Positions 20,377-31,405 of a stretch of 64,000 nucleotides of DNA are shown here, in pieces. Source of the stretch: an uncultured Gemmatimonadales bacterium (GTDB lineage Bacteria > Gemmatimonadota > Gemmatimonadetes > Gemmatimonadales > GWC2-71-9); the NCBI GenBank assembly GCA_963771275.1, contig CAVYSW010000003.1:448001-512000 (forward strand). Direction: 5' to 3'. The position numbers were made by a program, and so were the translations under genes. Each line of letters starts with the position of its first letter. The stretch's first letter is position 1. The notes under the pieces are model-generated. The model had not been told where the DNA came from. It made no database searches and saw nothing but the letters and a program-made list of their open reading frames with translations.

Positions 20377-21951
20377 TCACGTTGCGCTCAATTCCAGGCC
20401 GACGACCTGCGCCAGCTCCCTTCGCTTCACCTTCCCGCTCCCGGTCAGGGGGAAGGCGTCGAAGAAGCGGACGAGGTCCGGCACCTTGTTGCCAGCCACA
20501 TGGTCGCGGGCGTACGCCTTGAGCTCGTCGCCCGTCACGATTGCACCCTCCACCGGCACGACGCAGGCGCAGACGAGCTCCCCGAGGATCTCGTGGGGCA
20601 CGCCCACCACGCACGCGTCGTCCACCGCCGGATGCGTCCGGAAGATGTCCTCCAGCTCCCGCGGGTAGATGCTGTACCCTCCGCGGATGATCGTCTCCTT
20701 GCGCCGGCCCACGATGGTCACGTAGCCGCGCTCGTCCACGATGGCGAGGTCGCCCGTGAGGAAGAACCCCTCCGCCGTGAACGAGCGGCGCGTCTCCGTG
20801 GGCATGCGATGATACCCGGCCATCACGTTCGGCCCCCTGACCGCCAATTCCCCGACGGCCTCCGGCCCGTGCAGCGCGCCATCCGTCACATCCACCACCC
20901 GCACTTCCACCCCCGGAAGCGGCCGCCCGACTGTCTGCGTCCGCGCTTCGGCGTCGTCGTCGAACCGCGTGATCGTGATCGTCGGGCCGGTCTCGGTGAG
21001 CCCGTAGGCGATCTGCACGTCATTCCACCGGCGGATCCGCTGCACCAGGTCGGCGGATACCGGGCTGCCGGCCACGATGCCGGTCCGCACGGTGGACAGG
21101 TCCCGGCTCCCGAACGACGCATCGCGCATCAAGAGCTGGAACATGGTGGGCACGCCATGGACGACGGTGGCGCGCTCCCGCTGGATCAGGTCCAGCGCGG
21201 TGGCGGGCTCGAACCGGTCCTGCAGCACCAGCGTGGCGCCCGAGAGCACCGTGGTGAGCACCACGTGGGTACCGAAGACCGTGAACAGCGGAACGGCGCT
21301 CCACACCCGATCATCGGGGCGCAGCGCCAGCCCGTCCGCCGTCAACAGCGCCGTCTGCACCAGATTGCGGTGCGTCAGCACGACGCCCTTGGGCTTGCCC
21401 ATCGTCCCCGACGTGTAGATCAGGGCAAGCGGCGTGGTCCCGGGATCGCGGACCACCAGCGGCGCCGGCGTCTGGCGCCGGCCCCGGGCCACGAGATCCG
21501 CGAACTGGAAGATCCGGTCGTCGTACCACATCTCGTCCGGACCGACCGTGACCAGGTAACGCAGGTCAGGCAGGTCGGCGAACAACTCCTCGAAGGTCTC
21601 GAGGTACTCGAACTCGCCCGCCGACTGCGCCGCCACGGTGATCACCGCCTCGGCATGCCGCAGCTCGTACTTGAGCTCGTGATATCCCACCGAGGGATTC
21701 ACCGGCACCACCACGGCGCCCAGCCGCGCGGCCGCGAGCAGCGTGACGACCCACTCGGGGCCCCCCGGGAGATCGATCGCGATGCGATGCCCCTCGCCGA
21801 TCCCCAGCTCGCTCAACGCCGCCGCCAGCGCCGTCGCCTCGGCATCCACCTGCGCGTAGGTCATGCGCCGCGTGGCCGAGACGAGGCACTCCCGGCCCCC
21901 CTCTCGGGCAACCTGTTGCGCAAACGACTCGGCGAGGTGGTACGTCGTCAA
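20377..21951 (-). CDS. Class I adenylate-forming enzyme (acyl-CoA ligase)
   Basis: [40 protein letters not shown] start after GGAGG and an upstream TAGAAT. Confidence 0.88.
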   Translation of the reverse strand: MTTYHLAESFAQQVAREGGRECLVSATRRMTYAQVDAEATALAAALSELGIGEGHRIAIDLPGGPEWVVTLLAAARLGAVVVPVNPSVGYHELKYELRHAEAVITVAAQSAGEFEYLETFEELFADLPDLRYLVTVGPDEMWYDDRIFQFADLVARGRRQTPAPLVVRDPGTTPLALIYTSGTMGKPKGVVLTHRNLVQTALLTADGLALRPDDRVWSAVPLFTVFGTHVVLTTVLSGATLVLQDRFEPATALDLIQRERATVVHGVPTMFQLLMRDASFGSRDLSTVRTGIVAGSPVSADLVQRIRRWNDVQIAYGLTETGPTITITRFDDDAEARTQTVGRPLPGVEVRVVDVTDGALHGPEAVGELAVRGPNVMAGYHRMPTETRRSFTAEGFFLTGDLAIVDERGYVTIVGRRKETIIRGGYSIYPRELEDIFRTHPAVDDACVVGVPHEILGELVCACVVPVEGAIVTGDELKAYARDHVAGNKVPDLVRFFDAFPLTGSGKVKRRELAQVVGLELSAT

Positions 21952-22039
21952 AAGCCCTCCCCCCATTCTACTGTGGGGAACCTTTGAAGCTACACGGACT
22001 TAGGGGTTTCCTCAATGGAGCGTCGGCGGGCTACCCCTG

Positions 22040-22459
22040 CTATTCACCCATCACCTTCACCACCAAGCGCTTGCGCCGCTTGCCGTCCCACTCCCCGTAG
22101 AACACCCGCTGCCAGGGACCGAGATCCAGCACCCCGTTGGTCACGGGGAGGATCACCTCGTGCCCGACGGTCAGGCTGCGCAGATGGGCCGCGGCATTGT
22201 CCTCCCCAGTCTCGTTGTGGCGATACCGGGTTGGGTCCCACGGCGCGATCGTCCCCTCGAGCCACGCGAGGATATCCTGCCACAGCCCGGACTCGTGGTC
22301 GTTCACGAAGACCGACGCGGTGATGTGCATGGCGGAGACGAGTACCATGCCCTCGCGTATTGCCGCGACCCGGACCTGCTCGGCGACCTCGTCCGTGATG
22401 TCGATGATCTCCTGGCGACGCCTGGTAGTGAACCAGAGATAGTGGGTGTGGGTCTTCAT
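22040..22459 (-). CDS. yjbQ: YjbQ family protein
   Basis: HITASVFVND, YRHNETGEDNAAAHL, LDLGPWQRVFYGEWDG. Confidence 0.9.
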   Translation of the reverse strand: MKTHTHYLWFTTRRRQEIIDITDEVAEQVRVAAIREGMVLVSAMHITASVFVNDHESGLWQDILAWLEGTIAPWDPTRYRHNETGEDNAAAHLRSLTVGHEVILPVTNGVLDLGPWQRVFYGEWDGKRRKRLVVKVMGE

Positions 22460-22465
22460 GGGGTG

Positions 22466-22583
22466 GATGGCCGATAGCCGATGGCCGATAGCTGATGGCC
22501 GTTGAGGGTAGTCGCGGTCACGAGCCCCGGTCAACCAGCCACCCACGAACCACGTTCGGCAATCGGCAATCGGCTATCGGCTA
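22466..22583. repeat. Two inverted heptamer tandem arrays flanking a 55-bp spacer
   Basis: (GATRGCY)x5 at 22466-22500 and (TCGGCWA)x4 at 22556-22583, approximately reverse complements of each other. Confidence 0.85.
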
Positions 22584-22586
22584 CCG

Positions 22587-23144
22587 CTACAGGGCCCGCA
22601 GGGTTGCGAGCGTCTCCTCGCCGTAGAACAGCCGAATGTACTTCGCCTGCACGGGCGTGAGCCGGCGCACGGCCCAGGTCAGGTGGACGAAGTGCGGCTC
22701 GGTGGGAGGCCGCACGGGGTACATGCCGCACTCGTCCGGCAGGTGATTGCCTTTGCGCGTGTTGCAGGTGGAGCAGGCCGTGACCACGTTGGTCCAGTCG
22801 TTGCTGCCGCCCCGCGAGATCGGCACGAGGTGATCGCGGGTGAGGCACTCGCGATGCCGGAAGTCCATCGCGTTCCGGCTGCAGAACTGGCAGCGGTACT
22901 CGTCACGCGCGAACAGGAAGGTGTTCGTGACCTGGCGGCGGAACCGGCGCGGGACGTGGACGAACCGGACCAGTCGGATCACGACCGGGCGCGGCACGGC
23001 CATCGTGGAGCTCCGCACCACGCGCCCCGGATCCGACTCGACGATCTCCGCCTTGCCGTCGATCACCAAGCGAAGCGCGCGCCGCACCGGAACCATGGTG
23101 AGCGGCTCGAACGACGCGTTGAGAGCAAGACAGCGCACGTGCAT
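22587..23144 (-). CDS. HNH endonuclease (widespread McrA-like family)
   Basis: LALNASFEPL, RDEYRCQFC, TRDHLVPISRGG, WTNVVTACSTCNTRKGN. Confidence 0.9.
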   Translation of the reverse strand: MHVRCLALNASFEPLTMVPVRRALRLVIDGKAEIVESDPGRVVRSSTMAVPRPVVIRLVRFVHVPRRFRRQVTNTFLFARDEYRCQFCSRNAMDFRHRECLTRDHLVPISRGGSNDWTNVVTACSTCNTRKGNHLPDECGMYPVRPPTEPHFVHLTWAVRRLTPVQAKYIRLFYGEETLATLRAL

Positions 23145-23270
23145 AGCGAAAAGTCGCGATCGAAACCCGACGGGCTCCACTGCCAGACGGGACCTCCGTG
23201 AAGCATGCAGTTTAGCGGGCGGTACAACCGGGGTGCAAGCGGCGTGGGGTCGTCGGGCGGGAACCGCGGC

Positions 23271-24703
23271 TCATTCCGGGGCGTTCGGGGGCCGGCCGAA
23301 GAGCTGGTGGAGCTCACGGAGTTGGCGGCGCACGGCCTCCCGGGATGACCCGCCCGTGGTCGCGCGGCGCTCCACCGACGCCTCCCAGTCCCCCAGGGAG
23401 GCCAGCAGATCGGGGAACGCCGGGTGAATCGCCGCCGCTCGCGCCCCCGGCACGAGGCTCACGGGCGAACCGAGCGCCTCGGCCTCTTTCACCAGGCACC
23501 CCACCAGCCCGTGCGCTTCCCGGAACGGTACGCCGCGCAGCACCAGCCCGTCGGCCAGATCGGTGGCGAGCAGGCTGGGATCGAGGGCGGCACGCATCCG
23601 CTCGGGCACAGGCTGCAGCGTGTCCACCGCCCCTCGCACGGCGGGCAGCACGACCGCCATCGTGTCCACGGCATCGAACAGGTACGCCTTGTCTTCCTGG
23701 AGATCCTTGCTGTATCCGGCCGGCAGGCCCTTGAGAGTCCCCAGCAAGCCGACCAAGTCGGCGAGCGTGCGCGCGGCCTTGGCCCGCGCCAGCTCGAGCA
23801 CGTCGGGGTTCCGCTTCTGCGGCAGGAGGCTCGAGCCCGTGCAGAACTCGTCGGCCAGCCGGACGAACCCGAACTCGGCTGATGCGTAGGTCACGAGCTC
23901 GCCGGCGAGCCGCGAGACGTGGGTGGCGAGCAACGTCAGGCCGAACAGGCACTCCGCCACGAAGTCGCGGTCACCGGTCGCGTCGAGCGCGTTTGCGGCG
24001 ACGCGCGCGAACCCGAGCGTTCGCGCGAGGCGGTCCCGGTCCACCGGGATGCCGGATCCCGCCACGGCCCCGGACCCGAGCGGCAGCTCGGACAGCCGGT
24101 CGGCGGCCTGGGCCAGTCGCGCCCGGTCACGCGTGAGCGGCCAGGCGTGGGCGAGCAGCACGTATCCCCACCGCACCGGCTGGGCAGGCTGGCCGTGGGT
24201 GTACGCCGGCACCAGGAGGTCGACCCCCTCGGCGGCCCGCGCGCACAGGGCCTGCCCGAGCGCCGCGATCCCGGCGTCGACCTCCGCCAGGGTCTCGCGA
24301 GCCCACAGCCGAAGGTCGGTGGCGACCTGATCGTTGCGCGAGCGACCCGTATTGAGCTTGCCGGCGACGGGGCCCACCGCTTCGTACAGCAGGCGCTCCA
24401 CCAGGGTGTGGACGTCCTCGTCAGGGGCGTCCCGCGCGGCGCCCGCCGCGAGTCGCTCGGTGACGCGATCGAGCCCGTCGGCGAGCAGCTTGACCTCCGG
24501 CGCGTCGAGCACGCCCGCGAGGCCGAGGGCCCCGACCCACGCGCGGGCGGCTCTGACGTCCTGCGGCCAGAGCCGCTGATCCACCGGGAGGCTGCGGTTG
24601 AGCTGATCGAGCGCCGCTGCGGGGCCGGCGGCGAACCGGCCTCCCCACATCTGATGTGCCTGGCCGGGGGGGCCGGTCGTCGACGAGGCAGGCCGGTCCG
24701 GCA

Positions 24704-24704
<1 letters not shown>
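23271..24704 (-). CDS. argH: Argininosuccinate lyase
   Basis: MWGGRF, EDVH, TGRSRNDQVATD, GSSLLPQKRNPD, YSKDLQEDK. Confidence 0.95.
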
Positions 24705-25927
<1,223 letters not shown>

Positions 25928-25933
25928 CGCCGC

Positions 25934-25971
25934 TCCGTATGATTATGCAGTGAGGTGCATAAGCATACATT
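25934..25971. promoter_or_regulatory. Tandem ARG boxes (ArgR operator) upstream of argG
   Basis: Cores CGTATGATTATGCA (25936-25949) and TGCATAAGCATACA (25956-25969) fit TGNAT-N4-ATNCA; the 18-bp boxes are 2 bp apart. Confidence 0.82.
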
Positions 25972-25986
25972 CGCGGAGGTGGCCGT

Positions 25987-26439
25987 TCAAGGGCCGGTGG
26001 CGAGCGCCGCGAGGCGGGCGGCGACCCGCCGGCGGGCGGCGGGGCTGCGTGTCACCAGCAGCAGGGTGTCGTCCCCGGCGATCGTGCCCACGACGCCGGG
26101 CCACGCCGCCCGATCGAGCGCGATGCCGAGCGCATTGGCGCTCCCCGCCGGCGTCCGCACGACGAGCAGCGGCCCCACCCCGTCGACCGACAGCGCGAGT
26201 GCCGCCACGAGCTGGTCGAGCGACGGGTGGACCGGATCGGCCGCCGGTGGCGCCGCATAGTGCGCCCCGCCGGCGGGATCGGCGACCTTCGCAAGCCCGA
26301 GGTCGCGGATGTCGCGGGACAGCGTGGCCTGCGTGACCTCGAACCCCTCGGCCCGCAGCAACTCCCGCAGGCGCTGCTGGCTTGCGATCCGGTGCCGCCG
26401 GACGAGGGCGAGGATGGCGGTGTGTCGCTGCGATTTCAT
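25987..26439 (-). CDS. argR: Arginine repressor
   Basis: VTQATLSRDI, GTIAGDDTLL. Confidence 0.95.
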   Translation of the reverse strand: MKSQRHTAILALVRRHRIASQQRLRELLRAEGFEVTQATLSRDIRDLGLAKVADPAGGAHYAAPPAADPVHPSLDQLVAALALSVDGVGPLLVVRTPAGSANALGIALDRAAWPGVVGTIAGDDTLLLVTRSPAARRRVAARLAALATGP

Positions 26440-26480
26440 GATCGTTGACGGATGCGAGAATTGAGCGTAATTCTCTCCCC

Positions 26481-27443
26481 ATGACGTGCCGACGGGTGGT
26501 GGCGGCAGCCGGCCTCGTACCGATCCTGGCCTTCGGCGGGTGCCGCGACGGCACGGCCCCCCCACCGGAGGTGCCGGTCCGCACCATTCTGTTCCACCGT
26601 CAAGATACCGGCGAGAACCTGTTGCTCAACACCGACGGGTCCAGCGCGGGCGCCTTCACGCCGGCGGCCCCGGGGATGATCCCGATTGGCGCGAGCTCCG
26701 TGGGGCGCATTGCCGTGCTGCTCAACGGGGGTGCGGTCGTGCTGGCGACCCTCGACCATTCCGAGCGGCTCGACACGATCATCAACCCGGCCCCGGCCGT
26801 GCTCTCGCTGGCCTCGTTCTCCCGCGACGAGGCGCTCGTCGCGCTGGTCTCGTACCTGGATCGCGCGATCCTCGTGTACGATCGCGCGAACCACCGCGTG
26901 GATACCCTGCCGTACGGCGCAATCGAGCCCGCCCTCCCCCCGTTGCTCGGTCCGGACCGCGACCGCGTCGTCGTGTTCAGCGTCACTCCCCTTTCGCTGT
27001 TCATCACGCAGCTCTCCCGCTCCGACCCGAACCGGCTGCGGACCGCCGCAGTGGGTGTCGCCCGGGTGATTACCCGCCCGATCTTCGGGTGGCCGCTCTG
27101 GACCGACGACGGCATCGTGATGGCGTTCGTGCGCGTGGCGACGGTCGGCCCGGACACGCTGGTCGTCGGCCGGATCGACCCGGACGCGCCGGACGCGCCG
27201 CTGGTGGAGCTCTACCAGGCGCTGATGGCGCCGGGCAGCGACGGGCATGTGGAGCTGGGGATCGGCGAGTTCTCGACCTACGCGCTCGCCGCGGACGGCA
27301 ACACGCTCGTGCTCGGCGCCCAGACGTTGGCCGGGGCGAACCGTCAGGCGCTCTACCTCGTCTCCCCCATGGCGGCCCGGGTGCAGCCGCTGCTCGACGT
27401 CACGGGGCAGAACCCGATCTATCCGCTGTTCTTCCGCGAGTAG
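26481..27443 (+). CDS. Hypothetical lipoprotein, possibly beta-propeller-like
   Basis: Signal peptide ending LAFGG-C; beta-rich segments (FSRDE, LGPDRD, LAADGNTL). Confidence 0.6.
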   Translation: MTCRRVVAAAGLVPILAFGGCRDGTAPPPEVPVRTILFHRQDTGENLLLNTDGSSAGAFTPAAPGMIPIGASSVGRIAVLLNGGAVVLATLDHSERLDTIINPAPAVLSLASFSRDEALVALVSYLDRAILVYDRANHRVDTLPYGAIEPALPPLLGPDRDRVVVFSVTPLSLFITQLSRSDPNRLRTAAVGVARVITRPIFGWPLWTDDGIVMAFVRVATVGPDTLVVGRIDPDAPDAPLVELYQALMAPGSDGHVELGIGEFSTYALAADGNTLVLGAQTLAGANRQALYLVSPMAARVQPLLDVTGQNPIYPLFFRE

Positions 27444-27463
27444 CGCTCCCGGGCGGCCCGCGC

Positions 27464-29635
27464 TCAGCGCCCGTCCGCCGAGCGGCCAGCGCCGATGCGG
27501 AGGCTGATCCCCGCCCGGAACGGCGAGTGGATCGGGCAGAACTCCGTCGGCTCGGTCCCGGGCAGGAACCACTCGAAGTCCCGCGCCTGCGGCGGGCAGA
27601 AATCGGTGAACCGGTAGCCGGTCGTGTTGTCGATCGCGCGGTTGATCAGGCCGTCGGGCCGCGGCCAGTCGGCCGGGGCGGGACGCCGCTCGTAGACGTC
27701 GGTCATGTAGGTCGTCCACGCGGGGGCGGCCAGCACGCCGCCCGCGGCCCGTGCCTTGATCTTCTGCGGCTGGTCGAGGCCGATCCAGACCCCGGTCACC
27801 AGCTCCGGCGTGAACCCGATGAACCACACATCGGTGCCGTCGTTGGTGGTGCCCGTCTTCCCTCCCGCCGGCAGCCGGAACCCGCCCTGCACCCGCACGG
27901 CCGAGTACGCGGTCCCGTGGTCCACGACGTCCTTCAGCACGCTGGTCAGCAGCCAGGCGGGCGGCGTGTCCATCACCCGGTCGCGCCGGACCTGGGGCTC
28001 CCACACGATGTCGCCCTTGCCGTCTTCCACGCGCAGGATGCCGAGCGGCGCCGCCCGCGTGCCCAGCGTCGCAAATGCCGTGAAGGCAGACACCATCTCG
28101 AGCGGGATCACGTCGGCCGAGCCGATGAACATCGAGGGGTAGGTGGGGACGGGTGTCGAGATTCCGAACCGCTGGGCTTCGCCGCGCACCGCCGGCACGC
28201 CGAGCTCCAGCCCGAGGCGGATCGCCACCAGGTTGCGCGACAGCATGAGCCCGCGCCTGAGGGTCATCGGGCCGCGGAAGTCGCCCTCGTAGTTCTGCGG
28301 CTCCCAGGGCATCGAATCGCCCGGCTCGAGGCGGCTGATGGGGGCGTCGTCGATGATGTGGGACAGCGGGATGCCGGCCCGGATCGCCGCCGCGTACACG
28401 AATGGCTTGAACGTAGACCCGGCCTGGCGCCGTGCCTGGGTCGCGCGGTTGAACTTCGAATCCTCGAAATCCCGGCCGCCCACCATCGCCCGGACGTACC
28501 CCGTGGTCGCATCGAGCGTGATCAGCGCGCCCTGCAGGTACGGCGTGTTGACGTGATCGCCCGGCGCCGCCCCGCGCTCGAGGTAGTCCGCGTATGGCAG
28601 GTGCCGGTACAAGCCGAACGCCCCACCCTCGATCGCCCGCAGCTGGTCCTCGAGCGCGCGCTCGGCGGCGAGCTGCATGTCGAGGTCGAGGGTGGTATAC
28701 ACGCGATAGCCGCGCTCGAACGTGGCGGTGCCGAGCCGGGCGTACACCTGCTGCCGCACCCACTCGACGAAGTACGGCGCCACCTCGCCGAAGTCCTGGC
28801 GCGAGCTCAGGGCGATGGGATAGGCCTTCCACCGCTCCGCCTCGGCGCGGGTCAGGTAGCCCTGGTCGCGCAGCAGATTGAGCACGAGGTTGCGGCGTTG
28901 CAGGGCGCGGTCGGGATGGCGCCGGGGCTCGTAGTAGTTCGGATATCTCGCGATCCCCGCCAGCAGCGCCGCCTCCGCCACATTCACCCTGGCCGCGGGC
29001 TTGCCGAAATACGTCTGTGCAGCGGCTTCCACGCCATAGGCGCTGCCGCCCAGGAGGATCTGGTTGAGATACAGCTCGAGGATCTTCCGTTTGGGAAACG
29101 TCCGCTCCAGCTCGAGCGCGACGCGGACCTCGCGCAGCTTCCGCGTCAGCGACTTGGTGCTCGGCAGCTTCTCGCTGAACACGTTGCGCGCGAGCTGCAT
29201 GGTCAGGGTGGAGAACCCCTCGGCGAAGCGCCGCTGGATGATGTTGGTCGCGAGGGCCCCGAAGAACCGCCGGTAGTCGATGCCGTGGTGCTCGAAGAAG
29301 CGCTTGTCCTCGATCGCGATGAACGCGGCGGGCAGGGCCGGCGGCAGCTCGTCGAGCCGCACGACGGTGCGTCGCTCCAGGCCGAGGCTGGTGATCAGGC
29401 GGCCGTCGGCCGCGTAGATCTTGAGCGCTTCGGTGGGGCGGTAGGCATCGAGCGCGCCGATCGACGGGCAGTTCCCGCCGGCGCACGCCCGCGTCCACGA
29501 GCCCCAGGCGACGCCGCCCACGAGCCCGCAGACGGCGAGCGCGCCCACCAGGGCACGCTGCTGGGCGTGCGGGGATTGCAGGAACCAGGTCCACCAGCGG
29601 CGGGCCACCCGCCCCAGCGACTGCACGAAGGTCAT
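27464..29635 (-). CDS. Class A penicillin-binding protein (PBP1A family)
   Basis: EDKRFFEHHG, GFSTLTMQL, RKLRE, STFK (SxxK), SRN, KTGT. Confidence 0.95.
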   Translation of the reverse strand: MTFVQSLGRVARRWWTWFLQSPHAQQRALVGALAVCGLVGGVAWGSWTRACAGGNCPSIGALDAYRPTEALKIYAADGRLITSLGLERRTVVRLDELPPALPAAFIAIEDKRFFEHHGIDYRRFFGALATNIIQRRFAEGFSTLTMQLARNVFSEKLPSTKSLTRKLREVRVALELERTFPKRKILELYLNQILLGGSAYGVEAAAQTYFGKPAARVNVAEAALLAGIARYPNYYEPRRHPDRALQRRNLVLNLLRDQGYLTRAEAERWKAYPIALSSRQDFGEVAPYFVEWVRQQVYARLGTATFERGYRVYTTLDLDMQLAAERALEDQLRAIEGGAFGLYRHLPYADYLERGAAPGDHVNTPYLQGALITLDATTGYVRAMVGGRDFEDSKFNRATQARRQAGSTFKPFVYAAAIRAGIPLSHIIDDAPISRLEPGDSMPWEPQNYEGDFRGPMTLRRGLMLSRNLVAIRLGLELGVPAVRGEAQRFGISTPVPTYPSMFIGSADVIPLEMVSAFTAFATLGTRAAPLGILRVEDGKGDIVWEPQVRRDRVMDTPPAWLLTSVLKDVVDHGTAYSAVRVQGGFRLPAGGKTGTTNDGTDVWFIGFTPELVTGVWIGLDQPQKIKARAAGGVLAAPAWTTYMTDVYERRPAPADWPRPDGLINRAIDNTTGYRFTDFCPPQARDFEWFLPGTEPTEFCPIHSPFRAGISLRIGAGRSADGR

Positions 29636-29742
29636 TGCGCGAAACCTAGCGGCGGCCCGGACGCCGTGCCAGCGACGCGGGCCGCTGGACGCGCGCCCGC
29701 CGCGCGGCTAGGGTTCCTGTCACTCGACCCACGGCCTCCCAG

Positions 29743-30999
29743 ATGACGACGCTGCTCGACGAGCTCACGTGGCGCGGTCTCGTGCACGACCAGACCCCCG
29801 GCATCGCGGGGCGGCTGGCGCAGGGGCCGATCACCGGGTATGTCGGGTTCGACCCCACGGCCCCCAGCCTGCAGGTCGGCAACCTCGTGCCGCTGATGCT
29901 GCTCGCGCGGCTGCAGCGGGCCGGCGGCACGCCGGTCGTCGTGCTGGGTGGCGGAACAGGCTTGATCGGGGACCCGAGCGGCAAGCGCGCCGAGCGGCCC
30001 CTGCTCACCGCGGAGCAGGTCGCCGCGAACACCGCGCGGCAGCGGCGCCAGTTCGAGCGCTTCCTCGACTTCGACGGCGCGCGCGGGGCGCGCATGGTGG
30101 ACAACGCCGACTGGCTGACGGGCCTCCACCTGGTGGACTTCCTGCGGGACATCGGCAAGCACTTCACCCTTGGCTACATGCTGCAGAAGGAATCGGTCCG
30201 CGGCCGCCTCGAGGCCGGGATATCCTACACCGAATTCAGCTACATGCTCCTCCAGGCGTACGACTTCCTGGAGCTGTACCGCCGCCATGGCTGCGAGCTG
30301 CAGCTGGGCGGCAGCGACCAGTGGGGCAACATCACGGCGGGCATCGAGCTGATCCGACGGGTCGTGGGTGGCGAGGCGCACGGGCTGTCCGCACCGCTGA
30401 TCACGACGGTGGCGGGCACCAAGTTCGGCAAGAGCGAGGGCCAGAGCGTGTGGCTCGATCCCGCCCTGACGTCGCCCTACCAGTTCTACCAGTTCTGGAT
30501 CAACGTCGACGACCGCGACGTCGAGCGCTACCTCAAGACGTTCACCTACCGGGATCGCGCCGAGATCGCGCAGCTCATGGCGGAGCAGGTGCGTGAGCCC
30601 GGGGCACGCACCGCGCACCGCGCGTTGGCCGCCGACGTGACGGCCCTGGTGCACGGGGCGGCCGCGGCCGCGGGCGCCGCCGAAGCGAGCCGCGTGCTGT
30701 TCGGCGAGCTGGATCCCGACCGGGCGGCACCCCCAACGTGGGCCATGCTCGCGGCGGAGCTGCCGCATGCGGTCCTGCCGGGTGACGTCACGCCGGAGGC
30801 GCCCGCGCTGGATTTGGTGGCGCGCACCAGCCTGGTCACGTCGCGGAGCGACGCGCGCCGGCAGATCGCGCAGGGCGGGATCGCGCTGAACGGCAGGCGG
30901 GTGACCGACGGGGGGGTGACGGGCACGCCGCTGGCCGGCGGGTACTACTGGGTGCAGCGCGGCAAGAAGCACAGCTTCGTGTTCACGCCCGGTCCCTGA
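29743..30999 (+). CDS. tyrS: Tyrosine--tRNA ligase
   Basis: YVGFDPTA, EFSYMLLQAYDF, QLGGSDQWGNI, KFGKS, C-terminal S4-like domain. Confidence 0.96.
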   Translation: MTTLLDELTWRGLVHDQTPGIAGRLAQGPITGYVGFDPTAPSLQVGNLVPLMLLARLQRAGGTPVVVLGGGTGLIGDPSGKRAERPLLTAEQVAANTARQRRQFERFLDFDGARGARMVDNADWLTGLHLVDFLRDIGKHFTLGYMLQKESVRGRLEAGISYTEFSYMLLQAYDFLELYRRHGCELQLGGSDQWGNITAGIELIRRVVGGEAHGLSAPLITTVAGTKFGKSEGQSVWLDPALTSPYQFYQFWINVDDRDVERYLKTFTYRDRAEIAQLMAEQVREPGARTAHRALAADVTALVHGAAAAAGAAEASRVLFGELDPDRAAPPTWAMLAAELPHAVLPGDVTPEAPALDLVARTSLVTSRSDARRQIAQGGIALNGRRVTDGGVTGTPLAGGYYWVQRGKKHSFVFTPGP

Positions 31000-31405
31000 T
31001 CCGGGCCGCCATCGCTTCGAGCGCCGACCGGTCGGCTTCCCGCGGATAGTCCTTCGGGAACCGCAGGCCGAACGCATCCGCCCGGAAGCGGGGCAGGACA
31101 TGCAGGTGCAGATGGAACACCGTCTGCCCGGCCGCACGCCCGTTGGCCGTCCACACGTTGAACCCATCCGCCCCCGCCGCCGCCACGACGGCGGGCGCCA
31201 GCCGGCCGGACACCGCGAACAGCCGGCCCGCAAGGTCCCCCGGGCAGGCGACGAGATCCTCGATGTGCGTCTTCGGGACCACGATGGTGTGGCCGGCGTG
31301 CACGGGGTAGAGGTCGAGGAACGCGGCGATCTGGTCGTCTTCGTAGACGAAGGCGGCCGGCGCGTCACGCCGCAGAATCCGGCAGAACACGCAGGCGCCG
31401 CTCAT
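30983..31405 (-). CDS. HIT family nucleotide hydrolase
   Basis: CVFC, GHTIVVPK, AGQTVFHLHLHVLPR. Confidence 0.93.
   Translation of the reverse strand: MSGACVFCRILRRDAPAAFVYEDDQIAAFLDLYPVHAGHTIVVPKTHIEDLVACPGDLAGRLFAVSGRLAPAVVAAAGADGFNVWTANGRAAGQTVFHLHLHVLPRFRADAFGLRFPKDYPREADRSALEAMAARIRDRA

Noticed and set aside
22466..22583. CRISPR array
   Set aside because: The units are 7-bp tandem repeats with no spacers, and there are no cas genes
22587..23144. HNH nuclease as a defence or mobile element
   Set aside because: It matches the widespread stand-alone LNAS.EPL HNH family, has host-like composition, and no methylase, cas or integrase gene is nearby
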